From positions 6,350-70,349 of the forward strand of contig DBDI01000030.1 of NCBI GenBank assembly GCA_002293505.1: 64,000 bases of DNA. The letters run 5' to 3'. This document shows positions 9,065-17,626 of this stretch, in pieces. Each line of letters opens with the position of its first letter. Within the stretch, counting starts at the first letter, position 1. Under the pieces are notes generated by a model. That model did not search any database and was not told the DNA's origin. It worked only from the letters and a program-made list of their open reading frames with translations. The translations under genes were made by a program, and so were the position numbers. The stretch is from Alistipes sp. UBA936 (GTDB lineage: Bacteria > Bacteroidota > Bacteroidia > Bacteroidales > Rikenellaceae).

Positions 9065-10306
9065 TCAGTCAGCTCTCATTGCTTCGATGGGACGTATTCG
9101 GGTTGCCTTCAGCGAGGGGATCAGTCCGGCAACAACCCCGCAGATGATCAGAACCACAAGAGCGGAGAAGACAACCCCCAGTCCGACGTCGGGATCCTTG
9201 AACGCCGTCATACCACCCTCGCCCGCGCTACCGATCACGCGGGAAGCCAACTCGCTGGCGCCGATACCCATCAGGATACCGATGTAACCCGCAGCGGTGG
9301 TGATGAACACAGCCTCGATGATGACGCTCTTGATGATCGACCACGGAGTCGCCCCGAGGGCCTTACGGATGCCGATCTCGCGAGTACGCTCCTTGACCGT
9401 GACCAACATTATGTTAGCCACCCCGACGATACCAGCCATCAAAGAGGCGAACCCGATTACCCAAAGGAACATATTGACGAATCGGAAAACGTTACCGATC
9501 TCGATAGACTGGCGAGCCGAACCCCAGATGCGAAGAGCGGAGGTGTCGGCAGGGTCGAACCCGAGCAATGGCCCCAACTTACCGCGAAGGCGAAGCACGA
9601 ACTCGTCGTACTGTTTCATATTCTTAATACCCAAAACCGTGAGGTCGATACGACTGATGCCCCAACCGCGGTCGTAAAGCATCTTGGCGGTGGACAACGG
9701 AGCGAAGATGAGCGCGTCGTTCGAACCGTCCAACCACTCGTAAACCCCGATGATCTGGAAAGAGATTCCGTCCGCGACGATGTATTTACCCAACGACTCC
9801 TCGCCGTGAGGAAAGAGAGTCTCCTCGGCCAACTTATGGATGAAAGCAACTTTACGTTTCTGGCCGTCGTCGATCTCGTTAACGAAGCGACCCTTGAGGA
9901 TAGTCAGGTTGTGGATGTTGACTGCCTGGGGAGAAGCGCCGATGATCTGCCAAGTACCGTACTGCTTGCCGTAACTGACGCTTTGGGTGTTGTGGAAAAT
10001 GACGCCGGAAAGGTACTCCACCTCGGGAATATTCCTACGGACGTAATCTATCGTACGCTCGTCGAACCGGATACGGCGGTCGGCCTTCAGGCCCTTGTAA
10101 GGCATCGAAGTCCAACCCGGGCGGATGTTGATATAATTAGTCGCCTGACCGGCCATATTACTCTGGACGCCGTTCTGCAAACCGGTACCGGCTGCCAAAA
10201 GAACGATCAACAGAAAGATACCCCAAGCAACGGCAAACCCGGTGAGGAACGTGCGCAGTTTGTTGCGCCGCATAGTCTCCAATATTTCGCCCAGAATGTC
10301 GAACAT
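9065..10306 (-). CDS. ABC transporter permease (FtsX/MacB-like), paralogue
   Basis: Same architecture as 7791-9062 (REIGIRKALGATPWSII). It starts 3 nt from the neighbour and has an ATGA overlap with the ATPase stop. Confidence 0.85.
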   Translation of the reverse strand: MFDILGEILETMRRNKLRTFLTGFAVAWGIFLLIVLLAAGTGLQNGVQSNMAGQATNYINIRPGWTSMPYKGLKADRRIRFDERTIDYVRRNIPEVEYLSGVIFHNTQSVSYGKQYGTWQIIGASPQAVNIHNLTILKGRFVNEIDDGQKRKVAFIHKLAEETLFPHGEESLGKYIVADGISFQIIGVYEWLDGSNDALIFAPLSTAKMLYDRGWGISRIDLTVLGIKNMKQYDEFVLRLRGKLGPLLGFDPADTSALRIWGSARQSIEIGNVFRFVNMFLWVIGFASLMAGIVGVANIMLVTVKERTREIGIRKALGATPWSIIKSVIIEAVFITTAAGYIGILMGIGASELASRVIGSAGEGGMTAFKDPDVGLGVVFSALVVLIICGVVAGLIPSLKATRIRPIEAMRAD

Positions 10307-11007
10307 CAGAACTCAATGACGGGGTTAGGATTGTGTTTGTCGGACTCGATGCGACCGTCGCGAAGGTAGATCATACGGTCCGTCGCGCGAGCAACAGCCC
10401 CCTCGTGGGTGACGATCAACATCGTGATACCCTCCGAACGGTTGACCTCGCGCATTATCTCGATCACCTCGCGGCTCGTGGTAGTGTCCAGAGCGCCGGT
10501 GGGTTCGTCGGCAAGGATGATACTGGGCCGGGAGATCAGGGCGCGGGCGATGGCGACACGCTGCTTCTGGCCGCCGGACAACTCGCTGGGAAGGTGGAGA
10601 GCGTGATCCTTCAAGCCGAGCTTTTCGAGATACTCGGCAGCCAACTCGTTACGCTTCTTACGAGGAATACCGTTATAATACAGAGGCAAAGCGACGTTCT
10701 CCAGAGCGTTCTTATAGGAGATCAGGTTGAACGACTGGAAGATGAACCCGACCTTACGGTTACGAAGCTCGGCCGAAGAGGTCTCGCTAAGGTCGCGAAC
10801 CGGAATGCCGTCCAGAATGTACTCCCCGGAGTCGTAGTTGTCCAGAATGCCGATCACGTTCAAAAGAGTCGACTTACCAGACCCCGAAGCACCCATTATG
10901 GAGAGAAACTCGCCAGCCGCAACGTCCATATCTATACCCTTCAAAACGTGAAGAGCGTTGGGCTGGCCGAGGTTGTAAGTCTTGTTCAGGTCGCGAATCT
11001 TGATCAT
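10306..11007 (-). CDS. ABC transporter ATP-binding protein (MacB/LolD type)
   Basis: Walker A GASGSGKST, signature LSGGQKQRVAIARAL, Walker B IILADEPTGALD. The ATG at 11007 (MIKIRDLNKTY) is preferred over the upstream Met. Confidence 0.9.
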   Translation of the reverse strand: MIKIRDLNKTYNLGQPNALHVLKGIDMDVAAGEFLSIMGASGSGKSTLLNVIGILDNYDSGEYILDGIPVRDLSETSSAELRNRKVGFIFQSFNLISYKNALENVALPLYYNGIPRKKRNELAAEYLEKLGLKDHALHLPSELSGGQKQRVAIARALISRPSIILADEPTGALDTTTSREVIEIMREVNRSEGITMLIVTHEGAVARATDRMIYLRDGRIESDKHNPNPVIEF

Positions 11008-11112
11008 AAACCACAGTTTTGATGCCGCAAAGTTACGCAAAAAATAATACTATGCAATACATACAACCATTTTTTACATAATATCGCGTTTTTTTTAGAA
11101 AAAATTAATCAG

Positions 11113-11120
11113 TAACTTTG
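11113..11120 (+). promoter_or_regulatory. -7 box (taactttg) flanked by 9-nt direct repeats attaatcag
   Basis: attaatcag at 11104-11112 and 11130-11138 brackets the taactttg box upstream of the 11162 lipoprotein gene. Confidence 0.4.
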
Positions 11121-11161
11121 CGGCCAAACATTAATCAGAAATCTCAGTAAAGAACAAAGGT

Positions 11162-11998
11162 ATGAAAAAAATCATTCTCGTATTCGCAGCCGCCCTGATC
11201 GGGACGGTAGGCTGCAACAAGAACGACAACAACGGAAACGGTGTGATGCCGGCACTGATGTCGAGGGAAGAGAAAACCGGAACGCAGGTGACCCTCACGG
11301 AGTATACCTACGACGAGTATGGACAGACCACGGGCGAGACCCAAAAAGTCAACGGAGTGGTGGTCTACGAAGAGTCGGAATATGAGTGGGACGCAGCCGC
11401 CTACGAAATGACAAGCCTGAGGACATACTACACCGGAAGCGGAATACCTACCGCGACGCACAAGAGGGTGCAAACCTATTCGAAGCAGTACAATGTGTTG
11501 GTAAAGCGCGAGGTGTTTCTGATGGGAGCGGGCGGAAGCGAAACAGAACCAATCGAGTTGTGGGAGCAAACCCTCTCCGGAGAGAGAGTGTCGAGGCTCG
11601 AAACCCTGGAGGACGGAGTGAGAACAGTACAAGGACCGTATGTGTATGACGGAACACAGGTGAACTACGATAAGGTGGTAACGTATGAGGACGGCACGGA
11701 GGAGACGTTCAAAGTGTCGGAAGCACACTACGCCGGAGGGTACAACAGGACGACTAAGAAGGGTGAAGACATTGTCGAGTATGGAGTCTATGTGCAGGGC
11801 GAGGTACTCCAATACGAGATATACAAGGACGGCGACGCGCAGAACGGAACGCTGGTGGAAAAACTAAGCAACGTGAGAACAAGCACCACCAACGAACAAA
11901 TCATACGGATGTACGACATCACCCACTACGACGAAGAGGGCAAAAACCCAGTCGTAACGACAGTGAAAGAGACCATCGTCTGGATGGTAGTTCTCTAA
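11162..11998 (+). CDS. hypothetical lipoprotein
   Basis: Lipobox MKKIILVFAAALIGTVGC. The composition is rich in Y/T/E/G and beta-like. No family recognised. Confidence 0.6.
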   Translation: MKKIILVFAAALIGTVGCNKNDNNGNGVMPALMSREEKTGTQVTLTEYTYDEYGQTTGETQKVNGVVVYEESEYEWDAAAYEMTSLRTYYTGSGIPTATHKRVQTYSKQYNVLVKREVFLMGAGGSETEPIELWEQTLSGERVSRLETLEDGVRTVQGPYVYDGTQVNYDKVVTYEDGTEETFKVSEAHYAGGYNRTTKKGEDIVEYGVYVQGEVLQYEIYKDGDAQNGTLVEKLSNVRTSTTNEQIIRMYDITHYDEEGKNPVVTTVKETIVWMVVL

Positions 11999-13194
11999 CG
12001 CAGGCGGTCGGGGTAGCTCTCGAGAGCGCGGGCGAGGATCTCCAGAGCAGCGGAGAGGTCGTCGCGGTTGAGAACGTAAGCGATACGAACCTCGTCACGA
12101 CCACGAGCCGGATCGGCGTAAAATCCACTACCAGGTGCCATCATAACGGTGGCACCTTTGTATTGATAGTCGGTCAGAAGCCAGGCGCAAAAAGCATCGG
12201 CGTCGGGTACGGGAAGCCGGGCCATAGTGTAGAAAGCACCACGAGGAGAGGGAGAAAAAACGCCCGGAATGGAGTTCAGCCCGGCGATCAGCAAGTCGCG
12301 ACGAGAGATGTATTCGTCGTAGATAGCCTTTATGTAGCTGTCCGGTGCGTCGGTCGAAGCAGCCGCAACCAACTGTCCAACCAAAGGAGGGCAGAGGCGC
12401 GCCTGAGCGATCTTCATAGCAGCGGCGCGAACATCGCGGTTACGGGTGACGAGCATACCGATACGAAGCCCGCACTCGGAGTAACGTTTAGAAACAGAGT
12501 CGACCAACACTACGTTCTGCTCGCAACCGGGCAGAGTCAGCGCCGAAGTGTAAGGCTCGGGAGAGTAGGAGAACTCGCGGTAAACCTCGTCGCAAATCAA
12601 AAACAGATCGTGCTTACGAACAATCTCGGAGATTTGGTCGAGCTCCTGACGGCTATAAAGGTATCCGGTAGGGTTATTGGGATTACAAAGGAGAAGAGCG
12701 CGGGTGCGGGGAGTGATGTAACGCTCGAACTCGGCTAAGGGAGGAAGAGCGAATCCGTTGTCGATCGAGGTGGGAATGGGAACGACCTTAACCCCGGCCT
12801 GCTGGGCGAAAGAGATGTAGTTGGCGTAACCGGGCTCGGTCATCATAACCTCGTCCCCGGCATCGAGGCACGACAAAAGAGCGAACAGGATCGCCTCCGA
12901 ACCGCCGGTGGTAACGATCATCTCGTCGGGAGAAACCGAAACGCCGAAGCGGCGGTAGTAGTCGACGAACTTCTGGCGAACGGCGAGCAACCCGTCGCTG
13001 GAAGTGTATTCGAGCACGGGGCGGTCGATGGAGCGAAGAGCCTCCAAGCCGATCCGGGGAGTGCGGATGTCGGGCTGGCCGATGTTGAGGTGGTAGACCT
13101 TGACGCCCCGAGACTTGGCAGAGTCGGCCAACGGAGCGAGTTTGCGGATCGGAGAGGCGGGCAGGGCCGCGCCGCGGTGTGAGATAGAAGGCAT
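11995..13194 (-). CDS. pyridoxal-phosphate-dependent aminotransferase (class I/II, aspartate aminotransferase-like)
   Basis: PIRKL near the N-terminus, NPNNPTG, and SVSKRYSECGLRIG (PLP lysine). The ATG at 13194 is preferred over the TTG at 13206. Confidence 0.85.
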   Translation of the reverse strand: MPSISHRGAALPASPIRKLAPLADSAKSRGVKVYHLNIGQPDIRTPRIGLEALRSIDRPVLEYTSSDGLLAVRQKFVDYYRRFGVSVSPDEMIVTTGGSEAILFALLSCLDAGDEVMMTEPGYANYISFAQQAGVKVVPIPTSIDNGFALPPLAEFERYITPRTRALLLCNPNNPTGYLYSRQELDQISEIVRKHDLFLICDEVYREFSYSPEPYTSALTLPGCEQNVVLVDSVSKRYSECGLRIGMLVTRNRDVRAAAMKIAQARLCPPLVGQLVAAASTDAPDSYIKAIYDEYISRRDLLIAGLNSIPGVFSPSPRGAFYTMARLPVPDADAFCAWLLTDYQYKGATVMMAPGSGFYADPARGRDEVRIAYVLNRDDLSAALEILARALESYPDRLR

Positions 13195-13202
13195 AATGGC
13201 TT

Positions 13203-14111
13203 TCAAATATATATTTCCAACAAGCGGCCGTTGCCGGAAAAGGTGACGGAGGTTTGGTCGGCGGGAATGAGAACAGTATCATCGGCCTTCAGAGAGAGCT
13301 TCCCCCCAGGTGTTTCGGCAGCAAGCTCCCCGGAAGTACAAACGTATATGGTGAACGATTCGCGAGAAGAGAGCTCGCGCTCGGAGGAGCCGGAAACGTC
13401 GAGAAGGTCGACAGTGAATTCGGAGCATTCGACGAGCAGAGCAGCCTCGCCAGCGGAAGGGTGTTGAGTCACGCGGCGAACGGGAGCGGCGAAGTCGATA
13501 GCCTCCAGAGCAAGGTCGGTGTGCAGTTCGCGAGGACGGCCTTTGGAGCCGGTGCGGCCCCAGTCGAAGATGCGGTAGTTGATGTCGCTCGTCTGCTGGA
13601 CCTCCACCAGAGTGATATCGGCGCCGATGGCGTGGACAGTACCGGCGGGAATGAAGTAAGCCTCGCCCGCGCGGACGGGAATGTGGTTCAACAGAGCATC
13701 GACCTCGCCGTGGGCCAAGGCGTCGAGGTAAATCTCCTGAGTAACCCCAGGCCGGAAGCCGATCAACAACTCGGCGTCGGGTGCGGCAGAGAGGATGTAC
13801 CAGAACTCGGTCTTACCCCAAGCGCGGTGGCGAGAGGCGGCAAGCTCGTCGCGAGGATGAACCTGAACGGAGAGTGTCTGGCGGGTGGAGAGAAACTTGA
13901 CCAAAAGAGGAAACTCCTCACCGAAGCGAAGGTACGTCTCGTCCCCGACCAACTCGCCCATATAGACCTCCACGGCCTCGTTCAGAGACGATCCCTTAAG
14001 GAAGCCGCCCGTGATCAGAGAGACGTCGCCCCCCAACCCCGAGACCACCCAACTTTCACTACCCCAGAGGCGCGGTTTCTCGCGCGGCCGGAACTGCAAC
14101 GGATAAAGCAT
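13203..14111 (-). CDS. manA: type I phosphomannose isomerase catalytic subunit
   Basis: MLYPLQFRPREKPRLWG..., LSVQVHP, and the cupin motif PAGTVHAIG. The ATG at 14111 is supported by a tacttttg -7 box at 14120-14127 on the minus strand. Confidence 0.8.
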   Translation of the reverse strand: MLYPLQFRPREKPRLWGSESWVVSGLGGDVSLITGGFLKGSSLNEAVEVYMGELVGDETYLRFGEEFPLLVKFLSTRQTLSVQVHPRDELAASRHRAWGKTEFWYILSAAPDAELLIGFRPGVTQEIYLDALAHGEVDALLNHIPVRAGEAYFIPAGTVHAIGADITLVEVQQTSDINYRIFDWGRTGSKGRPRELHTDLALEAIDFAAPVRRVTQHPSAGEAALLVECSEFTVDLLDVSGSSERELSSRESFTIYVCTSGELAAETPGGKLSLKADDTVLIPADQTSVTFSGNGRLLEIYI

Positions 14112-14139
14112 AAGTAGCACAAAAGTAAGAATTTTTCGC

Positions 14140-14147
14140 TATCTTTG
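14140..14147 (+). promoter_or_regulatory. -7 box (tatctttg), 5 nt upstream of the ATG
   Basis: tatctttg-cagat-ATG (14153). It lies back-to-back with the manA box. Confidence 0.45.
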
Positions 14148-14152
14148 CAGAT

Positions 14153-15838
14153 ATGATCCGCAAGATTATAGATTTTCTCACACACGGGGTGTGGCTGACC
14201 GATCCGAACAGGATCTCGGGAAAGAGCTGGTGGGCGGTGAGGCAACTGAGGGTGATCATACTGACCGCCAAAGGTTTCGGGCGGCACGACACAGCCATCA
14301 GAAGCGCAGCATTATCCTTCTTCACAATTATGTCGCTGGTGCCGATACTGGCTTTAGTTTTTGTGGTCTTCAAGGGTTTCGGGATGGAGGACTCGTTTAA
14401 TGGATACCTCTACGAGATTATGCCCAAGTATCCGGAAATAGTCGACCAGATCGTGGTCTTTATCAACAACCTGCTGGGCCGGACGAAGGGCGGAATTATG
14501 GCCGTGAGTGCGTTCTTCGTGTTGATATGGGCGGTGATACAGGTCTTCGGGAATGTCGAGGGTGCGTTCAACAACATCTGGGAAGTGAAGCGATCGAGGT
14601 CCTTCGCGAGGAGATTCTCGGCATATATGGCACTGATGATTCTGGTGCCGATACTACTGCTGGCCGCCAACAGCGTCTATGTGGCGATGAGGCAAAACGT
14701 GGAGATGGTCACGGGAACATTAGGAGCGGAGATACTGTTCGGAGTGGTGGCCGTGGCGATCGTCATTGTGATGTTCTCGGTGATATATTTCGTGCTGCCA
14801 AACACCGAGGTGAAGTACAAGAACGCACTGAAGGCGGGAATAGTGGCGGGCATCGGGTTCAGCGCATTTCAGGTGATATATGTCTTCATTCAGGGCTATC
14901 TGAGCAACTACAACGCGATCTACGGGACATTTGCGGCGATACCACTGTTCCTGCTGTGGCTGCAAATCTCGTGGCAGATACTGTTGTTCGGGGGCGAGCT
15001 GTCGTTCGCGATGCAGAACGTGGGCGAGTTCGAGAGAAGGCAGGCCGCGCTGAACAGGGCGCACAAGAGAGGAAACATATTCAAGCGAGGAAGCGAAACG
15101 CTGAGAGTGGTGGTAGTGGGAGACGGTGGAGTGGGCGAAGGGCTGGCGAGAGAGATCGCCGCAGCGCACGGGATACGGCTGGCGGGATTGTGGGCCAGAA
15201 AGCACAACACCCCGGAGCAACTACCGGCAGCGGATCTGTACATACTGGCGGTGAGCGACGGGGCGGTGGGAGAAGTGTCGGCGAGTCTGCCGTTTGCGCC
15301 AGGAGCAGTGGTGGCGCATACAGCGGGGTGTGTTCCGATGGAAGATATCTCGAACAAGATTGTGGACAAGGCGGTGATGTATCCCTTACAGAGTTTCACG
15401 TGGGGCCACAGGATAGAGAACTTCCACGAGACGCCGTTCTTCATAGAGGGCTCGACGGGCCGGGCGCTGGAAGTGGTTCGAGAGGTGGCCGATGCGCTGA
15501 GCGACAGGGTGTCGGAGATGGATTCGGCAAAGAGGGCGCACATACATCTGGCGGGAGCGTTTGCGAACAACTTCTCGAATGCGATGCTGTCGCTGGGAGA
15601 AAAGGTCGCAGCAGATGCGGGAGAGAATTTCGAAATACTGAAACCCATCGTGGCCGAAACCTATCACAAAGCGTTGTCGATGAGCTCGCCCAGGTATGCG
15701 CAAACGGGCGCGGCGGCGCGGGGAGATGTGACGATTCAGAAAAAACACCTTGCGATGCTACGAGCCGACCATCCGGAATTGGTGCCGCTGTATGAATATG
15801 TGAGCGAGTTGATATGGAAAATTTCAAAGAAAAACTGA
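14153..15838 (+). CDS. fusion protein: YihY/BrkB-family membrane protein (N) + Rossmann-like/DUF2520-type domain (C)
   Basis: Residues 1 to about 290 are polytopic membrane, YihY-like (FFTIMSLVPIL, NAIYGTFAAIPLFLLWLQISW). The residues after RVVVVGDGGVGEG form a Rossmann GxGxxG plus a C-terminal helical domain, as in DUF2520 proteins. The frame is continuous. Confidence 0.75.
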   Translation: MIRKIIDFLTHGVWLTDPNRISGKSWWAVRQLRVIILTAKGFGRHDTAIRSAALSFFTIMSLVPILALVFVVFKGFGMEDSFNGYLYEIMPKYPEIVDQIVVFINNLLGRTKGGIMAVSAFFVLIWAVIQVFGNVEGAFNNIWEVKRSRSFARRFSAYMALMILVPILLLAANSVYVAMRQNVEMVTGTLGAEILFGVVAVAIVIVMFSVIYFVLPNTEVKYKNALKAGIVAGIGFSAFQVIYVFIQGYLSNYNAIYGTFAAIPLFLLWLQISWQILLFGGELSFAMQNVGEFERRQAALNRAHKRGNIFKRGSETLRVVVVGDGGVGEGLAREIAAAHGIRLAGLWARKHNTPEQLPAADLYILAVSDGAVGEVSASLPFAPGAVVAHTAGCVPMEDISNKIVDKAVMYPLQSFTWGHRIENFHETPFFIEGSTGRALEVVREVADALSDRVSEMDSAKRAHIHLAGAFANNFSNAMLSLGEKVAADAGENFEILKPIVAETYHKALSMSSPRYAQTGAAARGDVTIQKKHLAMLRADHPELVPLYEYVSELIWKISKKN

Positions 15839-16341
15839 CCAGGGTCGAGGCGTTCGTGTTCGATGTGGACGGAGTGTTCACAGACGGAGGTATAACCCTG
15901 CTACCGGGCGACGACTTCCTGAGAATATACAACGCGCGGGACGGGTATGCGCTGACGTATGCGATAAGCGAGGGCTACAAGATATATATCATAACGGGAG
16001 GCAGGGGAGCGATGCTGAAGAGAAGATTCGAGCTACTGAAGATCACGGAGATCTTTACCAATGTGGCGGACAAGGCGAAAGTGTTGAGGGAAGTGGTGGA
16101 GAGAGACGGGTTGAAGCTGGAGAATGTGGTCTATATGGGAGACGACATACCGGACCTGGATGTGATGAGGATGGTGGGACTACCGGTGTGTCCGGCAGAC
16201 GCGTGTCACGAAGTGATGGAGATAGCGGCATACGTGTCGCAATACGGAGGAGGGAAAGGATGTGTGAGGGACATAATTGAACAAGTACTGAGAGCACAAG
16301 GAAAATGGCTGAAGCACACGATAGGAATGCACACCGTGTAG
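15814..16341 (+). CDS. kdsC: 3-deoxy-D-manno-octulosonate 8-phosphate phosphatase (HAD-IIIA)
   Basis: FVFDVDGVFTDG (DxD nucleophile motif), IITGG, YMGDDIPDL. About 175 aa, typical of KdsC. Confidence 0.85.
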   Translation: MENFKEKLTRVEAFVFDVDGVFTDGGITLLPGDDFLRIYNARDGYALTYAISEGYKIYIITGGRGAMLKRRFELLKITEIFTNVADKAKVLREVVERDGLKLENVVYMGDDIPDLDVMRMVGLPVCPADACHEVMEIAAYVSQYGGGKGCVRDIIEQVLRAQGKWLKHTIGMHTV

Positions 16342-17279
16342 AGCGGGACGGGCGGCGGAGGGTGGAGGTTTTTGTGGAAGGGTACGACGATGTGGCGTTC
16401 TGGAGAGGAATATTCGACGACTTCGAGAGTCCGAGGGTGACGTTCGAAGTGGCCGTACCACCGAGGCCCGATCTGGCAAAGGGAAAGAGGGTGGTGATGG
16501 AGATGCTGCCCGAGGCCTCGCCGGAGAGGCTACTGTGTGTGGACAGCGATTTCGACTATCTGTTCAACGGAGCAACCCCGCAGAGCAAGCGACTGCTGAG
16601 TGCGGAGTATCTGTTCCATACCTATACCTACGCCTCGGAAAACTATCTGTGCTACGCCCCGTCGCTACACACAGTATGCACGAGGGCGACGAAAAATGAT
16701 CGCCATATCTTCGATTTCGAGAGGTTTCTGGAGGAGTACTCGCGGATAGTCTTCCCGGCCTTCGCGTGGTATGCCTACTCGGCGATGCTGGGCGACGAGC
16801 ACGTGTATAAGCTGATAGATTTCAAAAACACCGTGAGGCTAAACTATCTGGAGATCGAGAACAACGGCACTGGAACGCTACGGTGGCTGAAAGGAAATGT
16901 CGAAAAGAGGCTGCGTTCGCTGGCAACGCATCACGAGAAGCACGTGGCGGGAGTGGAGGAGTTCAAGCTGAGGCTGGATGGGCAAGGGGTCGAGCCGGAG
17001 AATACGTATCTGTTTATGCACGGCCACACGCTACTGGACAACGTGGTGATGCCGATGCTGAGCGCCGTGTGCGACAGGCTGAAAGTGCTGGCAGGAGACT
17101 ACATAACCAACTCGGCGCAGAGGGGAGTGGCTCTGGGAAACGAGCTGAGCAACTACCGAAACTCCCTTCTGAATGTGCGAGACACGCTAATCTACAACGA
17201 AGACTACAAGGACTGTTTCCTCTACAAACGGCTACACAACGATATCCGAAAAGTGTTGGAGGAAGCGGGGCTAAGGTAG
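16305..17279 (+). CDS. DUF4435-like (Toprim-related, AbiLii/AriB-like) protein
   Basis: VFVEGYDDVAFW, CVDSDFDY and TYASENY match the Glu...DxD...ENY pattern I associate with DUF4435/OLD-type Toprim domains. An alternative GTG start at 16362 would remove the 37-nt overlap with kdsC. Confidence 0.65.
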   Translation: MAEAHDRNAHRVERDGRRRVEVFVEGYDDVAFWRGIFDDFESPRVTFEVAVPPRPDLAKGKRVVMEMLPEASPERLLCVDSDFDYLFNGATPQSKRLLSAEYLFHTYTYASENYLCYAPSLHTVCTRATKNDRHIFDFERFLEEYSRIVFPAFAWYAYSAMLGDEHVYKLIDFKNTVRLNYLEIENNGTGTLRWLKGNVEKRLRSLATHHEKHVAGVEEFKLRLDGQGVEPENTYLFMHGHTLLDNVVMPMLSAVCDRLKVLAGDYITNSAQRGVALGNELSNYRNSLLNVRDTLIYNEDYKDCFLYKRLHNDIRKVLEEAGLR

Positions 17280-17282
17280 GGG

Positions 17283-17501
17283 CTATTTACGGAGGAGCTC
17301 GGCGGGAGGAACTTCGAGGGCCTCGGCGATCTTACAGAGGGTCTGGAGCGTGATGCTGTTCACCTGCCCTTTCTCGATGCGGCTGACGTCGCGGCGATCC
17401 TTGTTCGCGTAGTCCGCAAGAGCCTGAATCGACCAACCACGGGCCAGTCGAAGCTCTTGAATCCTGTTGCGAACATATTTCCACTCCTCGTCGTAAGTCA
17501 T
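17283..17501 (-). CDS. XRE family helix-turn-helix transcriptional regulator
   Basis: 72 aa; RLARGWSIQALADYANKDRRDVSRIEKGQVNSITLQTLCKIAEAL is a canonical HTH_3. It is convergent with the DUF4435 gene, with stops 3 nt apart. Confidence 0.8.
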   Translation of the reverse strand: MTYDEEWKYVRNRIQELRLARGWSIQALADYANKDRRDVSRIEKGQVNSITLQTLCKIAEALEVPPAELLRK

Positions 17502-17626
17502 TGCCGTACCTTATAATACGACAAAGATTGAGGAATTATTTCGTTAGTGCGCGGGGAGAACTCCCCCGCTCTGTCGCCTTGTTTTTCGCCACCTTTGTGT
17601 GAAAATATCAAAAAAAAGTCACGCGA

